Shown here: positions 21,478 to 31,368 of the stretch, one piece after another
Layout of the letters: each line of letters begins with the position of its first letter
How positions within the stretch are numbered: the stretch's first letter is position 1
Source: an uncultured Actinomycetes bacterium
GTDB taxonomy: Bacteria > Actinomycetota > Thermoleophilia > Gaiellales > Gaiellaceae
Reading direction: 5' to 3'
Length of the DNA stretch: 64,000 nt
Assembly: GCA_963846915.1 (NCBI GenBank)
Contig: CAWJXV010000008.1
Coordinates: 135,310-199,309, forward strand
Made by a program: the position numbers and the translations under genes
The notes under the pieces: generated by a model
Told to the model about the DNA's origin: nothing
What the model saw: only the letters and a program-made list of their open reading frames with translations
Databases searched by the model: none

Positions 21478-22286
21478 ATCCGCTCGAGCTCCTCTACGAA
21501 ATCGACGGCCTCCCCGCCTTCGACCTTCCCGAGGAGCTCGAGCAACAGTACGGCGGGCGGTTCGGCATCGCGCCGCCGCTGCTCTACACGAACTTCGTCG
21601 AGACGCTCGACGGCGTCGTCGCGATCCGCTCGGAGCCGCTCACGAACCGGCTCGTGAGTGGCAACAGCGACGCAGATCGCTTTGTGATGGGCCTCCTGCG
21701 GGCGTGCGCCGACTGCGTGCTCCTCGGCTCGGGCACGCTGCACGGGTCGCCGAAGTCCGTCTGGACGGCGGAGCGCGCCTACCCCGACGGGGCCGCCGCG
21801 TTCGCCGAGCTGCGCCGCCGGCTCGGGCTGCCCGCCGAACCCGAGCTCGCCGTGATCACCGCGAGCGGCGCGCTCGACCCAGACCATCCCGCGCTCGAGC
21901 GGGGGGCGGTCGTGCTGACGACGAAGCACGGCGCATCCACCTGCCGGGGGCGGCTTTCCAGCGCGGTCGAGATCGTCGTGCTCGAGGGCGAGTCGGCCAT
22001 CGACCCGGCCGAGGCGGTCGACGTCCTGCGACGGCGGGAACGCCGGTCGATCCTCTCGGAGGCAGGCCCGCACGTCTTCGGCTCGCTGCTCGCGGCAGGG
22101 CTCGTCGACGAAATGTTCCTGACGGTCTCGCCGCTCCTCGCCGGCCGCTCGCCGCTCGCCGAGCGACTCGGGCTGGTCGAAGGACAGGAGCTCCTCCCCG
22201 GCCGGGCCGAACAGGCGCGCCTGCTGGGCGTCCGCCGCGACGAGGCGCATCTCTTCCTGCGCTACGGGCTATCGTCCGGCGCGTGA
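21474..22286 (+). CDS. RibD C-terminal domain / dihydrofolate-reductase-like reductase family protein
   Basis: GTG 21474 within ORF 20910..22286 (GTGA overlap with the folE stop). VETLDGVVA..., ADCVLLGSGT, ILSEAGPHVFGSLLAAGLVDEMFLTVSPLLAG are typical of the RibD_C fold. Confidence 0.78.
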   Translation: MNPLELLYEIDGLPAFDLPEELEQQYGGRFGIAPPLLYTNFVETLDGVVAIRSEPLTNRLVSGNSDADRFVMGLLRACADCVLLGSGTLHGSPKSVWTAERAYPDGAAAFAELRRRLGLPAEPELAVITASGALDPDHPALERGAVVLTTKHGASTCRGRLSSAVEIVVLEGESAIDPAEAVDVLRRRERRSILSEAGPHVFGSLLAAGLVDEMFLTVSPLLAGRSPLAERLGLVEGQELLPGRAEQARLLGVRRDEAHLFLRYGLSSGA

Positions 22287-23747
22287 CGACCGGGCTGAAC
22301 GAGCTTCCGCGCGAGCGCACGCAGCTCCTCGACAACCTCGGCTGGATCCGCCGGAACCTCGGCCCGGTCACGCCCGAGCTCTCGGACGCGCTCGCCGACC
22401 ACATGAACATCCGCCGCGGCGAGGTGGCCGAGGTGGCCTCGTTCTACTCGTACCTGCGCCTGCCGGCCGACGTCGTCCGGGTCTGCACGGGGCCGGTGTG
22501 CGACTGCCTCGGCGGCCGCGCGCTGCTCGAGCAGAGCCCGGGCGCGGTCGAGGTGCCGTGCATCGGCCACTGCGACCTCGCTCCCGCGATGATGCGCGGC
22601 GACGAGGTCGTGCCCGGCGTGACGCACGCGGCGAATCACGGTCGGTCGATCGACCTGCTCGCGCCGGACGAGCCGCGCGACCCGCCCGCGCTCGATCCCG
22701 ACCGGATCGTGGCCGAGCTCGAGGCCTCCGGGCTCGTCGGCTACGGCGGCGCCGGATTCCCGACCTTCCGGAAGTGGGCCGCGGTGCGCGACTACCCCGG
22801 CCCGCGCGTCGTGATCGTGAACGCCGACGAGGGCGAGCCCGGGACGATCAAGGACCGCTACGTCATGGAGCTGCGGCCGCACCTGCTCGTCGAGGGGATC
22901 GAGATCGCGATGCGGTTCGCGGAGGCCGACGAGGGCTACGTCTACCTCCGGGAGGAGTACACGACGGCGCGGGAGCGCCTGTCCGCGGCGCTGGCCGCAC
23001 GTGGGCTCCCGGTCACGATCGTCACCGGCGCCGGCTCGTACGTCTGCGGCGAGGAGACGGCGATGCTCGAGTCGATGGAGGGCCGCCGCGGCATGCCCCG
23101 CCTGCGCCCGCCGTTCCCGGTCGAGGCCGGCTTCCTCGGCCGCCCGACGCTGATCAACAACGTCGAGACGCTCGCTCACATCCCGGCCGTCCTGCGCCTC
23201 GGCGGCGCGAGTCTGGCCGCGCGTCCGTCTCTGGTCGGTCTCGGGCGCGGTCGCGAAGCCGGGCTGCTACGAGGCGCCGGTCGACGCCACCGCCCGGCAG
23301 CTGATCGACGACTACGCGGGCGGCGCGACCGGGGACATCGGCGCCGTCGTACCGGGCGGCGCCGCGTCCGGGATTGTCCCGCCCGCTGCGCTCGACGCGC
23401 CGCTCACGCGCGAGGGCCTGGCGCCGTGGGGCTCCGGCCCCGGCTCGGCCGGCCTCCAGGTCTTCCCCGCGTCCTACTCCGTGCTGCGGCTCCTGCGCGA
23501 GACCATGCGGTTCTTCGCCGAGGAGTCGTGCCAGAAATGTACGCCGTGCCGCATCGGCACGCGCGGGCTCGAGCACGTCCTCCACGAGCTGGAGGAAGGC
23601 AGACCGGCGATGCCCGGCTGGCAGCTCGAGGAGTGGCTCGTCGCGATGGAGAAGGGCTCGATCTGTGGGCTCGGCCAGGGCGCGCCCATCCCCCTGCGCG
23701 GCGCGATGCGCCACTGGCCGGAGCTCTTCACGCCGCTCGCCAGCTAA
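22283..23747 (+). pseudogene. NuoE/NuoF-like (FdsB-type) NAD(H)-FMN iron-sulfur protein, reading frame broken once near 23207-23229
   Basis: GTG 22283 (GTGA overlap). N-terminal thioredoxin-like part (EVASFYSYLRL, CTGPVCDC, CIGHCDLAP). NuoF core GYGGAGFPTFRKW, VIVNADEGEPGTIKDR, GAGSYVCGEETAMLESMEG, PFPVEAGFLGRPTLINNVETLAHIPAVLRLGG. The conserved continuation LWSVSGAVAKPGCYEAP...FFAEESCQKCTPCRIG...GSICGLGQGAP then runs in the +1 frame (ORF 23481..23747 is its end). Total length 1465 nt is not a multiple of 3. Confidence 0.8.
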
Positions 23748-23844
23748 GCAAGCGCAGGTCCGATACGGTGGTGTCAATCGTTACATTTCCGGGCTGGGAC
23801 TTCGGGCTGGGTCAACCTGACCGGTTCGCTTATCAGGAGGCGCC

Positions 23845-24579
23845 ATGCGTGGTGGTGTAAGGGTCGTCCTCTTTGCAGCTCTGGCGGTGGCTGGTCTTGC
23901 CGCGGGAGTGTTCGTACCGGGCGGCGAGGCTGGCTCCACAACCTCGCACGCGAGATCCCATGCGGAGGCGACGACCCGCGTGACGGTCATTGCCAGAGAC
24001 TCCAGGTTCACGCTCTCGAGGCGCAGCGCCCCCATCGGAAAGGTGATCTTCGCCGTCACCAACAAGGGCAAGATCTCCCACGATTTCAAGATCGCCGGGA
24101 AGAAGACTCCTCTCCTCGCACCCAGGCACTCCGCGACGTTGCGGGTCACGTTCTCGAAGAAAGGCCGGTACCCCTACCTCTCCACCGTTACCGGACAGGC
24201 AACCGCCGGCATGAACGGTGTCTTCACGGTTGTGGCCGCGGTCGCGCCCACACCCACACCACCCCCACCCCCTCCGTACGCCCCGCCGACCGGGCCGGTC
24301 GGAACGGCCAGCACGACGGTCACCGTCACACTGTCCGACATCAGGTTCCCCGGCCGCATCGATCTCTCTCAGACGACGATGCCGTCGGGCATGGTCACGT
24401 TCGTGATCACGAACCACTGCTCCGATCAGTGCAGCTTCGACCTCGAGGGCATCAAGGCGGGCGCGATACTCAACACCGGCCAGTCCGAGACGTGGACGGT
24501 GCCGCTGCCGGGAGGCACGTACCAATACCACTGCGACGTAGACCCCAACATGAAGGGGTCGTTCACCGTCACGCCCTGA
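23845..24579 (+). CDS. Secreted tandem cupredoxin-like domain protein
   Basis: ORF 23845..24579. AGGAGG lies 7 nt upstream of the ATG. Signal peptide. Two repeats of a cupredoxin-like module (VIFAVTNKGKISHDFKI...GRYPYLS and VTFVITNHCSDQCSFDL...GTYQYHCDVDPNMKG) joined by a Pro-rich linker. The type-1 Cu ligand set is incomplete. Confidence 0.72.
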   Translation: MRGGVRVVLFAALAVAGLAAGVFVPGGEAGSTTSHARSHAEATTRVTVIARDSRFTLSRRSAPIGKVIFAVTNKGKISHDFKIAGKKTPLLAPRHSATLRVTFSKKGRYPYLSTVTGQATAGMNGVFTVVAAVAPTPTPPPPPPYAPPTGPVGTASTTVTVTLSDIRFPGRIDLSQTTMPSGMVTFVITNHCSDQCSFDLEGIKAGAILNTGQSETWTVPLPGGTYQYHCDVDPNMKGSFTVTP

Positions 24580-24587
24580 ACCCGTGC

Positions 24588-25787
24588 CTAGAGCAGGCCG
24601 AGCTCGCGACCGACGCGCTCGAATGCCTCGAGCGCCCGGTCGAGGTGCTCGTCCTCGAGCGCGGCCGACATCTGCACCCGGATCCGCGCCGTTCCCTCCG
24701 GCACGACCGGGAAGCCGAAGCCGGTGACGAAGATCCCTTCGTCGAGCAGCCGCCGGGACATCCTGATCGCGAACGCGGTCTCGCCGACGATGATGGGGAT
24801 GATCGCCGCCTCGCCGTCGAGCGGCGAGTAGCCGATCTCCCGAAGCTGCTGCCGGAAGCGCGCCGTGATCTCTTGCAGCCGCTCGACGAGCGCCGGCTCG
24901 CGGCGGAGGACGCGGACGGCCTCGAGTGCCGAGCACGCAACCGTCGGAGGCAGCGCGTTCGAGAACAGGTGCGGCCGCGAGCGTTGGAAGAGCACGTCGC
25001 AGACCTCCTCGCTGGCCGCGACGTACCCACCGGCCGCGCCGCCGAGCGCCTTGCCGAGCGTGCTCGTGATCACGTCTACCTCGCCGAGGACGCCGAAGTG
25101 CTCGGCCACGCCGCGGCCCGTCTCGCCCATCACGCCCGTCCCGTGCGAGTCGTCGACGAGGACGACGGCCTCGTGCTCGCGCGCCAGCTCGAGGATGTCG
25201 GGGACCCGCGCCAGGTCGCCCTCCATCGAGAAGACACCGTCCGTGATCACGAGCTTGCGCTGCCCCGACTCGCAGGACACGAGCCCGGCGCGCAGCTCGT
25301 CCATCGAGGAATGGCTGTAGATCACCTTCCGCGCGGGCTTCGAGAGCCGGATCGCGTCGATGATCGAGGCATGGTTGAGCGCATCGGAGAGGATGACCGT
25401 GTTCTCGTCGGTCAGGCTCGGGATCGACGCCTCGTTCGCGTTCCAGCACGAGACGTACGTGAGCGACGCGTCGGTGCCCGAGAAGTCGGCGAGCTCGCGC
25501 TCGAGCTCGAGATGCGGCTCGAAGGTGCCGCAGATGAAGCGCACCGAGCCCGTACCGGCGCCGTAGCGGCGCAGTCCCTCGATCCCCGCCTCGACCACCT
25601 CGGGATGCCCGGCGAGGCCGAGGTAGTTGTTCGAGGAGAGCACGAGCACCTCGCCGCGCCCCTCCATCTCGACCACCGGCCCCTGCGGCGACCGGAGCAC
25701 GTTGGGATGCTTGTACGTGCCCGCCTCCCGGAGCCCGTCGAGCTCCGCGCCGAGCGCGTGGTCGAGCCCTGTTCCGGCAGCGCTCAC
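24588..25787 (-). CDS. kbl: Glycine C-acetyltransferase (2-amino-3-ketobutyrate CoA ligase)
   Basis: ORF 24588..25787. SSNNYLGLAGHPEV, DDSHGTGVMG, TSTLGKALGG (PLP Lys). GTGA overlap with the tdh stop. Confidence 0.93.
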   Translation of the reverse strand: MSAAGTGLDHALGAELDGLREAGTYKHPNVLRSPQGPVVEMEGRGEVLVLSSNNYLGLAGHPEVVEAGIEGLRRYGAGTGSVRFICGTFEPHLELERELADFSGTDASLTYVSCWNANEASIPSLTDENTVILSDALNHASIIDAIRLSKPARKVIYSHSSMDELRAGLVSCESGQRKLVITDGVFSMEGDLARVPDILELAREHEAVVLVDDSHGTGVMGETGRGVAEHFGVLGEVDVITSTLGKALGGAAGGYVAASEEVCDVLFQRSRPHLFSNALPPTVACSALEAVRVLRREPALVERLQEITARFRQQLREIGYSPLDGEAAIIPIIVGETAFAIRMSRRLLDEGIFVTGFGFPVVPEGTARIRVQMSAALEDEHLDRALEAFERVGRELGLL

Positions 25788-26908
25788 CTATGCGTCCACC
25801 TCCCCGGCCCGGACGTCGCCTCGACCGGCTCGCGCACCGGGCTCTCGGCGGGCTGGACCGCGCTCGGGCGGCCGCCGGGATAGACCACGATCTTGCATGC
25901 CTCGCCCGCCTCGAGCTTCTCGAACGCCTCCTCGAAGTCGTCGAGCGGGATCTCGTCGGTGATCAGCGGCCTCAGGTCGACGACGCCGCTCTCGAGAAGC
26001 CAGCGGGTCTTGTACCAGGTAGCGAAGATCCGGCGGCCGTTGACGGCGAGCACGTCGAGGTTCTTGAAGATCAGCGACTCGGCGACGTCGATCTCGACCG
26101 GGCGCGACGGGATGCCGAACAGCAGCACCCGGCCGCCGTTGCGTGCGATCCGGAACGCGTCGGCGATCGCGCGCGGCGAGCCGGACATCTCGAAGACGAC
26201 GTCGAAGCCGTGGCCCTCGTTGCGCTCGCGGAACCACGTCGCGGCGTCGGGCGTCTCCTCGACGTTCACGGTCGTGTGCGCCCCCATCGTCTCGGCCAAC
26301 GCGAGCCGGAACGGCGTCCGGTCGGAGGCAGAGACGACCGCAGCGCCGGACGCGCGGGCGATCGCGATCGTGAACAGGCCGATCGGGCCACAGCCGAGCA
26401 CGGCGACCGAGCGCCCCGCGAGGTCCTGCTCGCTCGTCGCGAAGACGGCGTTGCCGAACGGCTCCTGCAGCGTCGCGATCTCGGGCGGCAGCTTCGTCCG
26501 GTCGTTCTGCCAGATCACCGACTCCGGGACGGCGACGTAGCGTGCGAAGGCGCCCTCGCGGTCGACGCCGAGAATGCGCGTCCGCTCGCACATGTGCGCC
26601 TGGCCGGTGCGGCACTGGAAGCACATGCCGCAGGTGATGTGGCTCTCGGCCGAGACGTAGTCGCCCACCTGGACGTGGTCGACGTCGTCCCCGATCTCGA
26701 CGACGGTGCCTGCGAACTCGTGGCCGAGCGTGAGCGGCGGATGGATGCGCTGCTGCGACCACTCGTCCCACTTCTTGATGTGCAGGTCGGTGCCGCAGAT
26801 CGACGCGGCCTCGACCTCGACGACGACCTCCCCCGTCCCCGCGACCGGGTCCGGAATCTCGGCGAGCTCCAGCCCGGGCCCCGACTCGACCTTCCGCAAC
26901 GCCAGCAT
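25784..26908 (-). CDS. tdh: L-threonine 3-dehydrogenase
   Basis: ATG 26908 within ORF 25784..27721 (MLALRKVESGPGLELAEIPDP...). ICGTDLHIKKWDEW, GHEFAGTVVEIG, CGMCFQCRTG, VLGCGPIGL. Confidence 0.93.
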   Translation of the reverse strand: MLALRKVESGPGLELAEIPDPVAGTGEVVVEVEAASICGTDLHIKKWDEWSQQRIHPPLTLGHEFAGTVVEIGDDVDHVQVGDYVSAESHITCGMCFQCRTGQAHMCERTRILGVDREGAFARYVAVPESVIWQNDRTKLPPEIATLQEPFGNAVFATSEQDLAGRSVAVLGCGPIGLFTIAIARASGAAVVSASDRTPFRLALAETMGAHTTVNVEETPDAATWFRERNEGHGFDVVFEMSGSPRAIADAFRIARNGGRVLLFGIPSRPVEIDVAESLIFKNLDVLAVNGRRIFATWYKTRWLLESGVVDLRPLITDEIPLDDFEEAFEKLEAGEACKIVVYPGGRPSAVQPAESPVREPVEATSGPGRWTHR

Positions 26909-26949
26909 GACGGCGTCACTTTCGCACAACCGTACGGCTCGGCCCCGCG

Positions 26950-27495
26950 TCAGTGACTGCTGCGACGGCGCTTGCCGATGCGCAGGCCGCCGAGCTCGGC
27001 TGGATGGTAGATCTGCGGCTCGTCCTTCTTGAACATGGAGATCGTCCCGTTCGTCTCCAGGATCGCCGTGTGCACCTCGCCGAGGTCGTCGTAGCCCTGC
27101 CGGCGCGCGATCGCGCGCAGCTCCGGAAGGGAGATCCCCGCGCGGAAGAGCGCCTTTTCGACCGGCTTGCCCTTCTCGATCAACAGCGTCGGGTCGCCCT
27201 CGAGAACGCGTGACAGCCACGGGAACGTGTACTCGGCCCGGTTCAGCGCCTCGTTGACGGCGAAGAGCGTGGACGCCGCGATGACGGCGCCGGTGACCGT
27301 GTTGTCGTTGCCGATGATCCCGTTCTGCACGGCGTTCGCGACGAGGAGCAGCACGATCAGGTCGAGCGTGTTCGACTGGCCGAGCTCGCGCTTGCCGACG
27401 ACGCGGAGCGCGACGACCATGAAGGCGTAGATCAGAACGGCCCGGATGACCCGCTCGCTCGCCGGGATGCCCAGGTGGAAGATCGAGGACCACAC
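26950..27495 (-). CDS. DUF421 (YetF-like) membrane protein
   Basis: ORF 26950..27495. N-terminal transmembrane helices, GKRELGQ(S)[17 protein letters not shown], and a C-terminal soluble domain. Confidence 0.85.
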   Translation of the reverse strand: MWSSIFHLGIPASERVIRAVLIYAFMVVALRVVGKRELGQSNTLDLIVLLLVANAVQNGIIGNDNTVTGAVIAASTLFAVNEALNRAEYTFPWLSRVLEGDPTLLIEKGKPVEKALFRAGISLPELRAIARRQGYDDLGEVHTAILETNGTISMFKKDEPQIYHPAELGGLRIGKRRRSSH

Positions 27496-27536
27496 GGGTC
27501 GAAGGTGCGACGCGGAAGGGCCGTCTCCTTCCGTTC

Positions 27537-27553
27537 ATACCCGTAGGGGGTAT
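27537..27553. promoter_or_regulatory. CsoR-type operator ATACCC-N5-GGGTAT
   Basis: ATACCCGTAGGGGGTAT is a perfect 6-N5-6 dyad lying 11 nt upstream of the copA ATG. It overlaps a TATACT -10-like hexamer. It matches the GC-rich ATACCC/GGGTAT dyads reported for CsoR repressors in Bacillus and Streptomyces. Confidence 0.6.
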
Positions 27554-27563
27554 ACTGCAGACG

Positions 27564-29654
27564 ATGGAGCGCGCCACGCTCGAGATCCAGGGCATGACCT
27601 GCGCCTCGTGCGCGGCCGGGATCGAGAAGCGGCTCGGCACGCTCGACGGCGTCGAGTCGTGCTCGGTCAACTTCGCCACGCACGAGGCGTCGGTCGCCTT
27701 CGACCCGGCGCAGGTCGACACGGGGCGGCTGGTGTCCGCCGTCGAGGACGTCGGCTACGGCGCCTCGCTGCCCGGCGAGCACGACCACGCGCACGTGCAC
27801 GACCATGGCCCCGACGTCCGCCTGCTCGTCTTCTCCGCCGCGCTGACGCTGCCGCTCGCGCTCGTCGCGATGATCCCGGCGCTCCACTTCTCCGGCTGGG
27901 AGTGGTTCGCCTTCGCGCTCGCGACGCCCGTCGTCCTCGTCGGCGGTTTCCCCTTCCACCGCGTGACGCTCATGCAGGCGCGCCACGGCCGGGCGACGAT
28001 GGACACGCTGATCTCGATCGGCACGCTCGCTGCCTGGGGCTGGTCGACAGTCGTTCTCTTCGCCTCGCTCGACGCGGACACGTACTTCGAGGTCGCCGGC
28101 GTGATCACGACGCTGATCCTGCTCGGCCGCTACCTCGAGGCGCGCGCGACGCGGCGCGCGGGCGCGGCACTGCGCGCGCTGCTCGAGCTGGGCGCACGCG
28201 ACGCGAGCGTGCTGCGCGACGGTGTCGAGGTCCGCGTGCCCGTCGACCGGCTGGAGGTCGGCGACGTCTTCGTCGTCCGGCCCGGCGAGAAGATCGCCAC
28301 CGACGGCGTCGTCGTCGAGGGCCGCTCGTCGGTCGACCGCTCGATGCTCACCGGCGAGCCCGTCCCCGTCGAGACCGAGCCCGGAGACGATGTCGCGGGT
28401 GCGACGATCAACGCCGACGGCCGGCTCGTCGTGCGCGCGACCCGGGTCGGGGCCGAGACTGCCGTGGCGCAGATCGCGCAGATGGTCGCCGACGCGCAGG
28501 CAGGGAAGGCGAGCGTGCAGCGGCTCGCCGACCGCGTCTCGGCGGTGTTCGTGCCGATCGTGATCGGCATCGCGCTCGCGACGCTCGCGGGCTGGCTGGC
28601 GGTGACCGGCGACGCGTCGAGCGCCTTCACGGCCGCCGTCTCGGTGCTGATCATCGCCTGCCCCTGTGCGCTCGGCCTGGCGACGCCCGTTGCACTGATG
28701 GCCGGGACCGGCCGCGGCGCACAGCTCGGCATCCTCGTCCGCGGGCCGGAGGTGCTGGAGCAGACGCGCCGGATCACGACGGTCGTGCTCGACAAGACCG
28801 GCACGGTCACGGAGGGCCACATGGTGCTGACCGGCGTCGAGCCCCTGAACGGCGCCAGCCGGGAGGACGTGCTGCGTCTCGCCGGGGCGCTCGAGGACGC
28901 GAGCGAGCATCCGATCGGGCGGGCGGTCGCGACCGCAGCCCGCGCGGAGGTCGGCGCGCTGCCCCAGGTCGAGTCCTTCCTGAACCGGCCGGGCACCGGC
29001 GTCTCCGGGCGGGTCGAAGGACATGACGTCGAGGTCGGGCGCTCCGACGGTCGCCTCGTCGTCGGCTGGGACGGCGTGCCACGCGCCGAGCTCGTGGTCG
29101 AGGACACGGTCAAGCCGACGAGCGCGGAAGCCGTTCGCGCACTCGAGCAGCTCGGGCTGACGCCGGTCCTCCTGACCGGCGACGCGGAGGAGAGCGCGCA
29201 CCGGATCGCCCGCGCCGTCGGGATCGAGCGGGTCGTGGCCGAGGCGCTTCCCGGCGACAAGCTCGCCGAGATCGCGCGGCTGCAAGCCGCAGGCGAGGTC
29301 GTCGCGATGGTCGGCGACGGTGTCAACGACGCGCCGGCGCTCGCCCAGGCCGACCTGGGCATCGCGATCGGCACGGGCACGGACGTCGCTGTCGAGGCGA
29401 GCGACCTGACGCTCGTCTCGGGTGACCTGCGCGCCGCCGCCGACGCAATCCGGCTCGCGCGGCGGACGCTGCGGACGATCGAGGGGAACCTGTTCTGGGC
29501 CTTCGCGTACAACGTGGCCGCGATCCCGCTCGCCGTCGCCGGCCTGCTCAATCCGATCGTGGCGGCGGCGGCGATGGCCGGGTCGAGCCTGTTCGTGGTC
29601 GGCAACTCGCTCCGGCTGAAGCGGTTCCGGAGCCGACGGGAGGAAACGCGATGA
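27564..29654 (+). CDS. copA: Copper-translocating P-type ATPase
   Basis: ORF 27564..29654. N-terminal HMA domain [13 protein letters not shown], transmembrane CPC motif [32 protein letters not shown]. Confidence 0.95.
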   Translation: MERATLEIQGMTCASCAAGIEKRLGTLDGVESCSVNFATHEASVAFDPAQVDTGRLVSAVEDVGYGASLPGEHDHAHVHDHGPDVRLLVFSAALTLPLALVAMIPALHFSGWEWFAFALATPVVLVGGFPFHRVTLMQARHGRATMDTLISIGTLAAWGWSTVVLFASLDADTYFEVAGVITTLILLGRYLEARATRRAGAALRALLELGARDASVLRDGVEVRVPVDRLEVGDVFVVRPGEKIATDGVVVEGRSSVDRSMLTGEPVPVETEPGDDVAGATINADGRLVVRATRVGAETAVAQIAQMVADAQAGKASVQRLADRVSAVFVPIVIGIALATLAGWLAVTGDASSAFTAAVSVLIIACPCALGLATPVALMAGTGRGAQLGILVRGPEVLEQTRRITTVVLDKTGTVTEGHMVLTGVEPLNGASREDVLRLAGALEDASEHPIGRAVATAARAEVGALPQVESFLNRPGTGVSGRVEGHDVEVGRSDGRLVVGWDGVPRAELVVEDTVKPTSAEAVRALEQLGLTPVLLTGDAEESAHRIARAVGIERVVAEALPGDKLAEIARLQAAGEVVAMVGDGVNDAPALAQADLGIAIGTGTDVAVEASDLTLVSGDLRAAADAIRLARRTLRTIEGNLFWAFAYNVAAIPLAVAGLLNPIVAAAAMAGSSLFVVGNSLRLKRFRSRREETR

Positions 29655-29941
29655 CGCACGGGTATGCGGAGAACAAGGAGGCCCTCGTCAAGCGCCTGCA
29701 CCGCATCGAGGGCCAGGTGCGCGGGATCGAGCGCATGGTCGAGGAGGATCGCTACTGCATCGACATCCTCACCCAGCTCGGCGCCGTCACGACCGCGCTC
29801 GAGAGCGTGGCCTTCCGGATCCTCGACGACCACGTCCAGCACTGCGTGGCGGGAGCGCTCGCGTCAGGCGACGCGGCCGAGGCCGACGCGAAGAGCAAGG
29901 AGCTCCTCGACGCCGTCCACCGCTTCACGCGCACGCGCTGA
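29651..29941 (+). CDS. csoR: Copper-sensing transcriptional repressor, CsoR family
   Basis: ORF 29651..29941. [28 protein letters not shown] and HVQHC (Cys-His-Cys ligand pattern). ATGA overlap with the copA stop. Confidence 0.9.
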   Translation: MTHGYAENKEALVKRLHRIEGQVRGIERMVEEDRYCIDILTQLGAVTTALESVAFRILDDHVQHCVAGALASGDAAEADAKSKELLDAVHRFTRTR

Positions 29942-30132
29942 AAGCATCCCTCGAACGGGGGATTCCCGAAGGGAAGAAACCGTCTCAAGCTCAGAGCATG
30001 ACCGCACGCCTTCGAACCAGGCAGTCCACAGGCGAGCGGGCCCGGCCGGACATCTTGGGCGAGGCCGGCTACTAGCACACGGCGACGGAGCGCGGACTGC
30101 GGCCCCGCGCTCCTCCCCGTTCCTCCCGTCGC

Positions 30133-30339
30133 CTACTCGCGCGCGAGCAGCACCTCGGTGGCCTTGATCACCACCGTGATCGTGTCGCCCTCCTTCAGGC
30201 CGAGATTCTCGGCGCTCTTCCGGGTGACCACGGAGACGAGCTCCTGGCCGTTCACGTCGACGGTGACCTCGGCCATCACCCCTCCGAGCAGGATGCCCGT
30301 GACCGTTCCCTTGAGCTGGTTGCGAGCGCTCAGTTCCAT
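30133..30339 (-). CDS. mop: Molybdenum-pterin-binding protein (Mop, single TOBE domain)
   Basis: ORF 30133..30339, 68 aa. MELSARNQLKGTVTGI...VTVDV...LKEGDTITVVIKATEVLLA is a canonical TOBE/Mop module. Confidence 0.85.
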   Translation of the reverse strand: MELSARNQLKGTVTGILLGGVMAEVTVDVNGQELVSVVTRKSAENLGLKEGDTITVVIKATEVLLARE

Positions 30340-30380
30340 GCTTGTCTCTCCTTTGCCGATCGAAGAGGATCATAGGCTGC

Positions 30381-30397
30381 TAGTCATCCACTGACTA
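30381..30397. promoter_or_regulatory. Dyad TAGTCA-N5-TGACTA, copy 1 (candidate molybdate-regulon operator)
   Basis: TAGTCATCCACTGACTA lies between divergent mop (start 30339) and the CBS gene (start 30404). Confidence 0.4.
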
Positions 30398-30403
30398 TCG
30401 GCG

Positions 30404-30817
30404 ATGAGCGCACTGCTCGGTGAGTACGATCCCAGGGTGGCTGCCGAGAGCGAACGCGTGACGGAGGTGATGCTGCGCCGTCCGAAGACCCTGCCCTCGA
30501 GCGCGACGGTGGGAGACGTCCGCGCGTTTTTCCAGAACCCACACGTCATGACGGCGCTGCTCGTCGACGACGGCGACTTTCGTGGGGCGATCGACCGCGG
30601 AGGCCTGCCCGCCGACGCTCCCGACGGAGTGAGCGCGCTCGAGTACGCGGCGGCCGACACGCCGACGATCTCACCGGACGCCGGGGTCGAGGACGCTCTC
30701 GCGGCGCTTCGGGGTGTTGCGTCGCGACGCCTCGTCGTCCTCGACGCAGACGGCGCCAGGCTCCTCGGACTCGTCTGCCTGAACACGACCGGCACCCGGT
30801 TCTGCACCAAGCCGTGA
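30404..30817 (+). CDS. CBS domain-containing protein
   Basis: ORF 30404..30817. Tandem CBS-like halves (VTEVMLRRPKTLPSSATVGDVRAFF... and ...RRLVVLDADGARLLGLVC). Confidence 0.78.
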   Translation: MSALLGEYDPRVAAESERVTEVMLRRPKTLPSSATVGDVRAFFQNPHVMTALLVDDGDFRGAIDRGGLPADAPDGVSALEYAAADTPTISPDAGVEDALAALRGVASRRLVVLDADGARLLGLVCLNTTGTRFCTKP

Positions 30818-30854
30818 CCATCAGCACGGCCGGTCCGGTCGCGTTCGCTGCGAC

Positions 30855-31346
30855 GTGAGCGAGGTCGTCTACCGGCCGATCGGCGTCGTGCGATCTCCCT
30901 TCACGGCGCTCGAAGGAATGCCGCTCCAATCAGTTGCGGCCGAGGACGTCCGCGGCACGATCGAGATCGACCCCGCCTTCGCCGACGGCCTCCGCGACCT
31001 CGACGGCTTCTCGCACCTCTACGTCCTCAGCCATCTCCATCGAGCGCGGCCCGAGGGCCTGATGGTCACGCCGTTTCTCGACGACACTCCACGCGGCGTC
31101 TTCGCGACCCGGTCGCCGCGACACCCCAACCCGGTTGGGCTATCGGTGGTCCGGCTCGACCGTGTGGGGCGAACAACGTTGCACGTCACGGGCCTCGATC
31201 TCCTCGACGGCACGCCGGTCATCGACCTCAAGCCTTATGTCCCTGCCTTCGACAGCATCGTTGCCGAGCGAATCGGCTGGTTCGCCGGCAAGACCGATCG
31301 GGTGCACGAGGTCAGAGCCGACGGTCGCTTCGACGACCGGCGCTGA
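30855..31346 (+). CDS. trmO: tRNA (N6-threonylcarbamoyladenosine(37)-N6)-methyltransferase TrmO (YaeB family)
   Basis: ORF 30855..31346. IGVVRSPF, GFSHLYVLSHLH, RSPRHPNPVGLSVVRL, LDLLDGTPVIDLKPY. Confidence 0.9.
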   Translation: MSEVVYRPIGVVRSPFTALEGMPLQSVAAEDVRGTIEIDPAFADGLRDLDGFSHLYVLSHLHRARPEGLMVTPFLDDTPRGVFATRSPRHPNPVGLSVVRLDRVGRTTLHVTGLDLLDGTPVIDLKPYVPAFDSIVAERIGWFAGKTDRVHEVRADGRFDDRR

Positions 31347-31368
31347 GCAGGTCGCCCGCGCGAAGCCT

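Noticed and set aside
29946-29975. Two small hairpins right after csoR (ATCCC...GGGAT and TTCCC-GAA-GGGAA), considered as an intrinsic terminator.
   Set aside because: The stems are only 5 bp and there is no U-tract. This is too weak to call, though Rho-independent terminators in high-GC actinobacteria often lack U-tracts.
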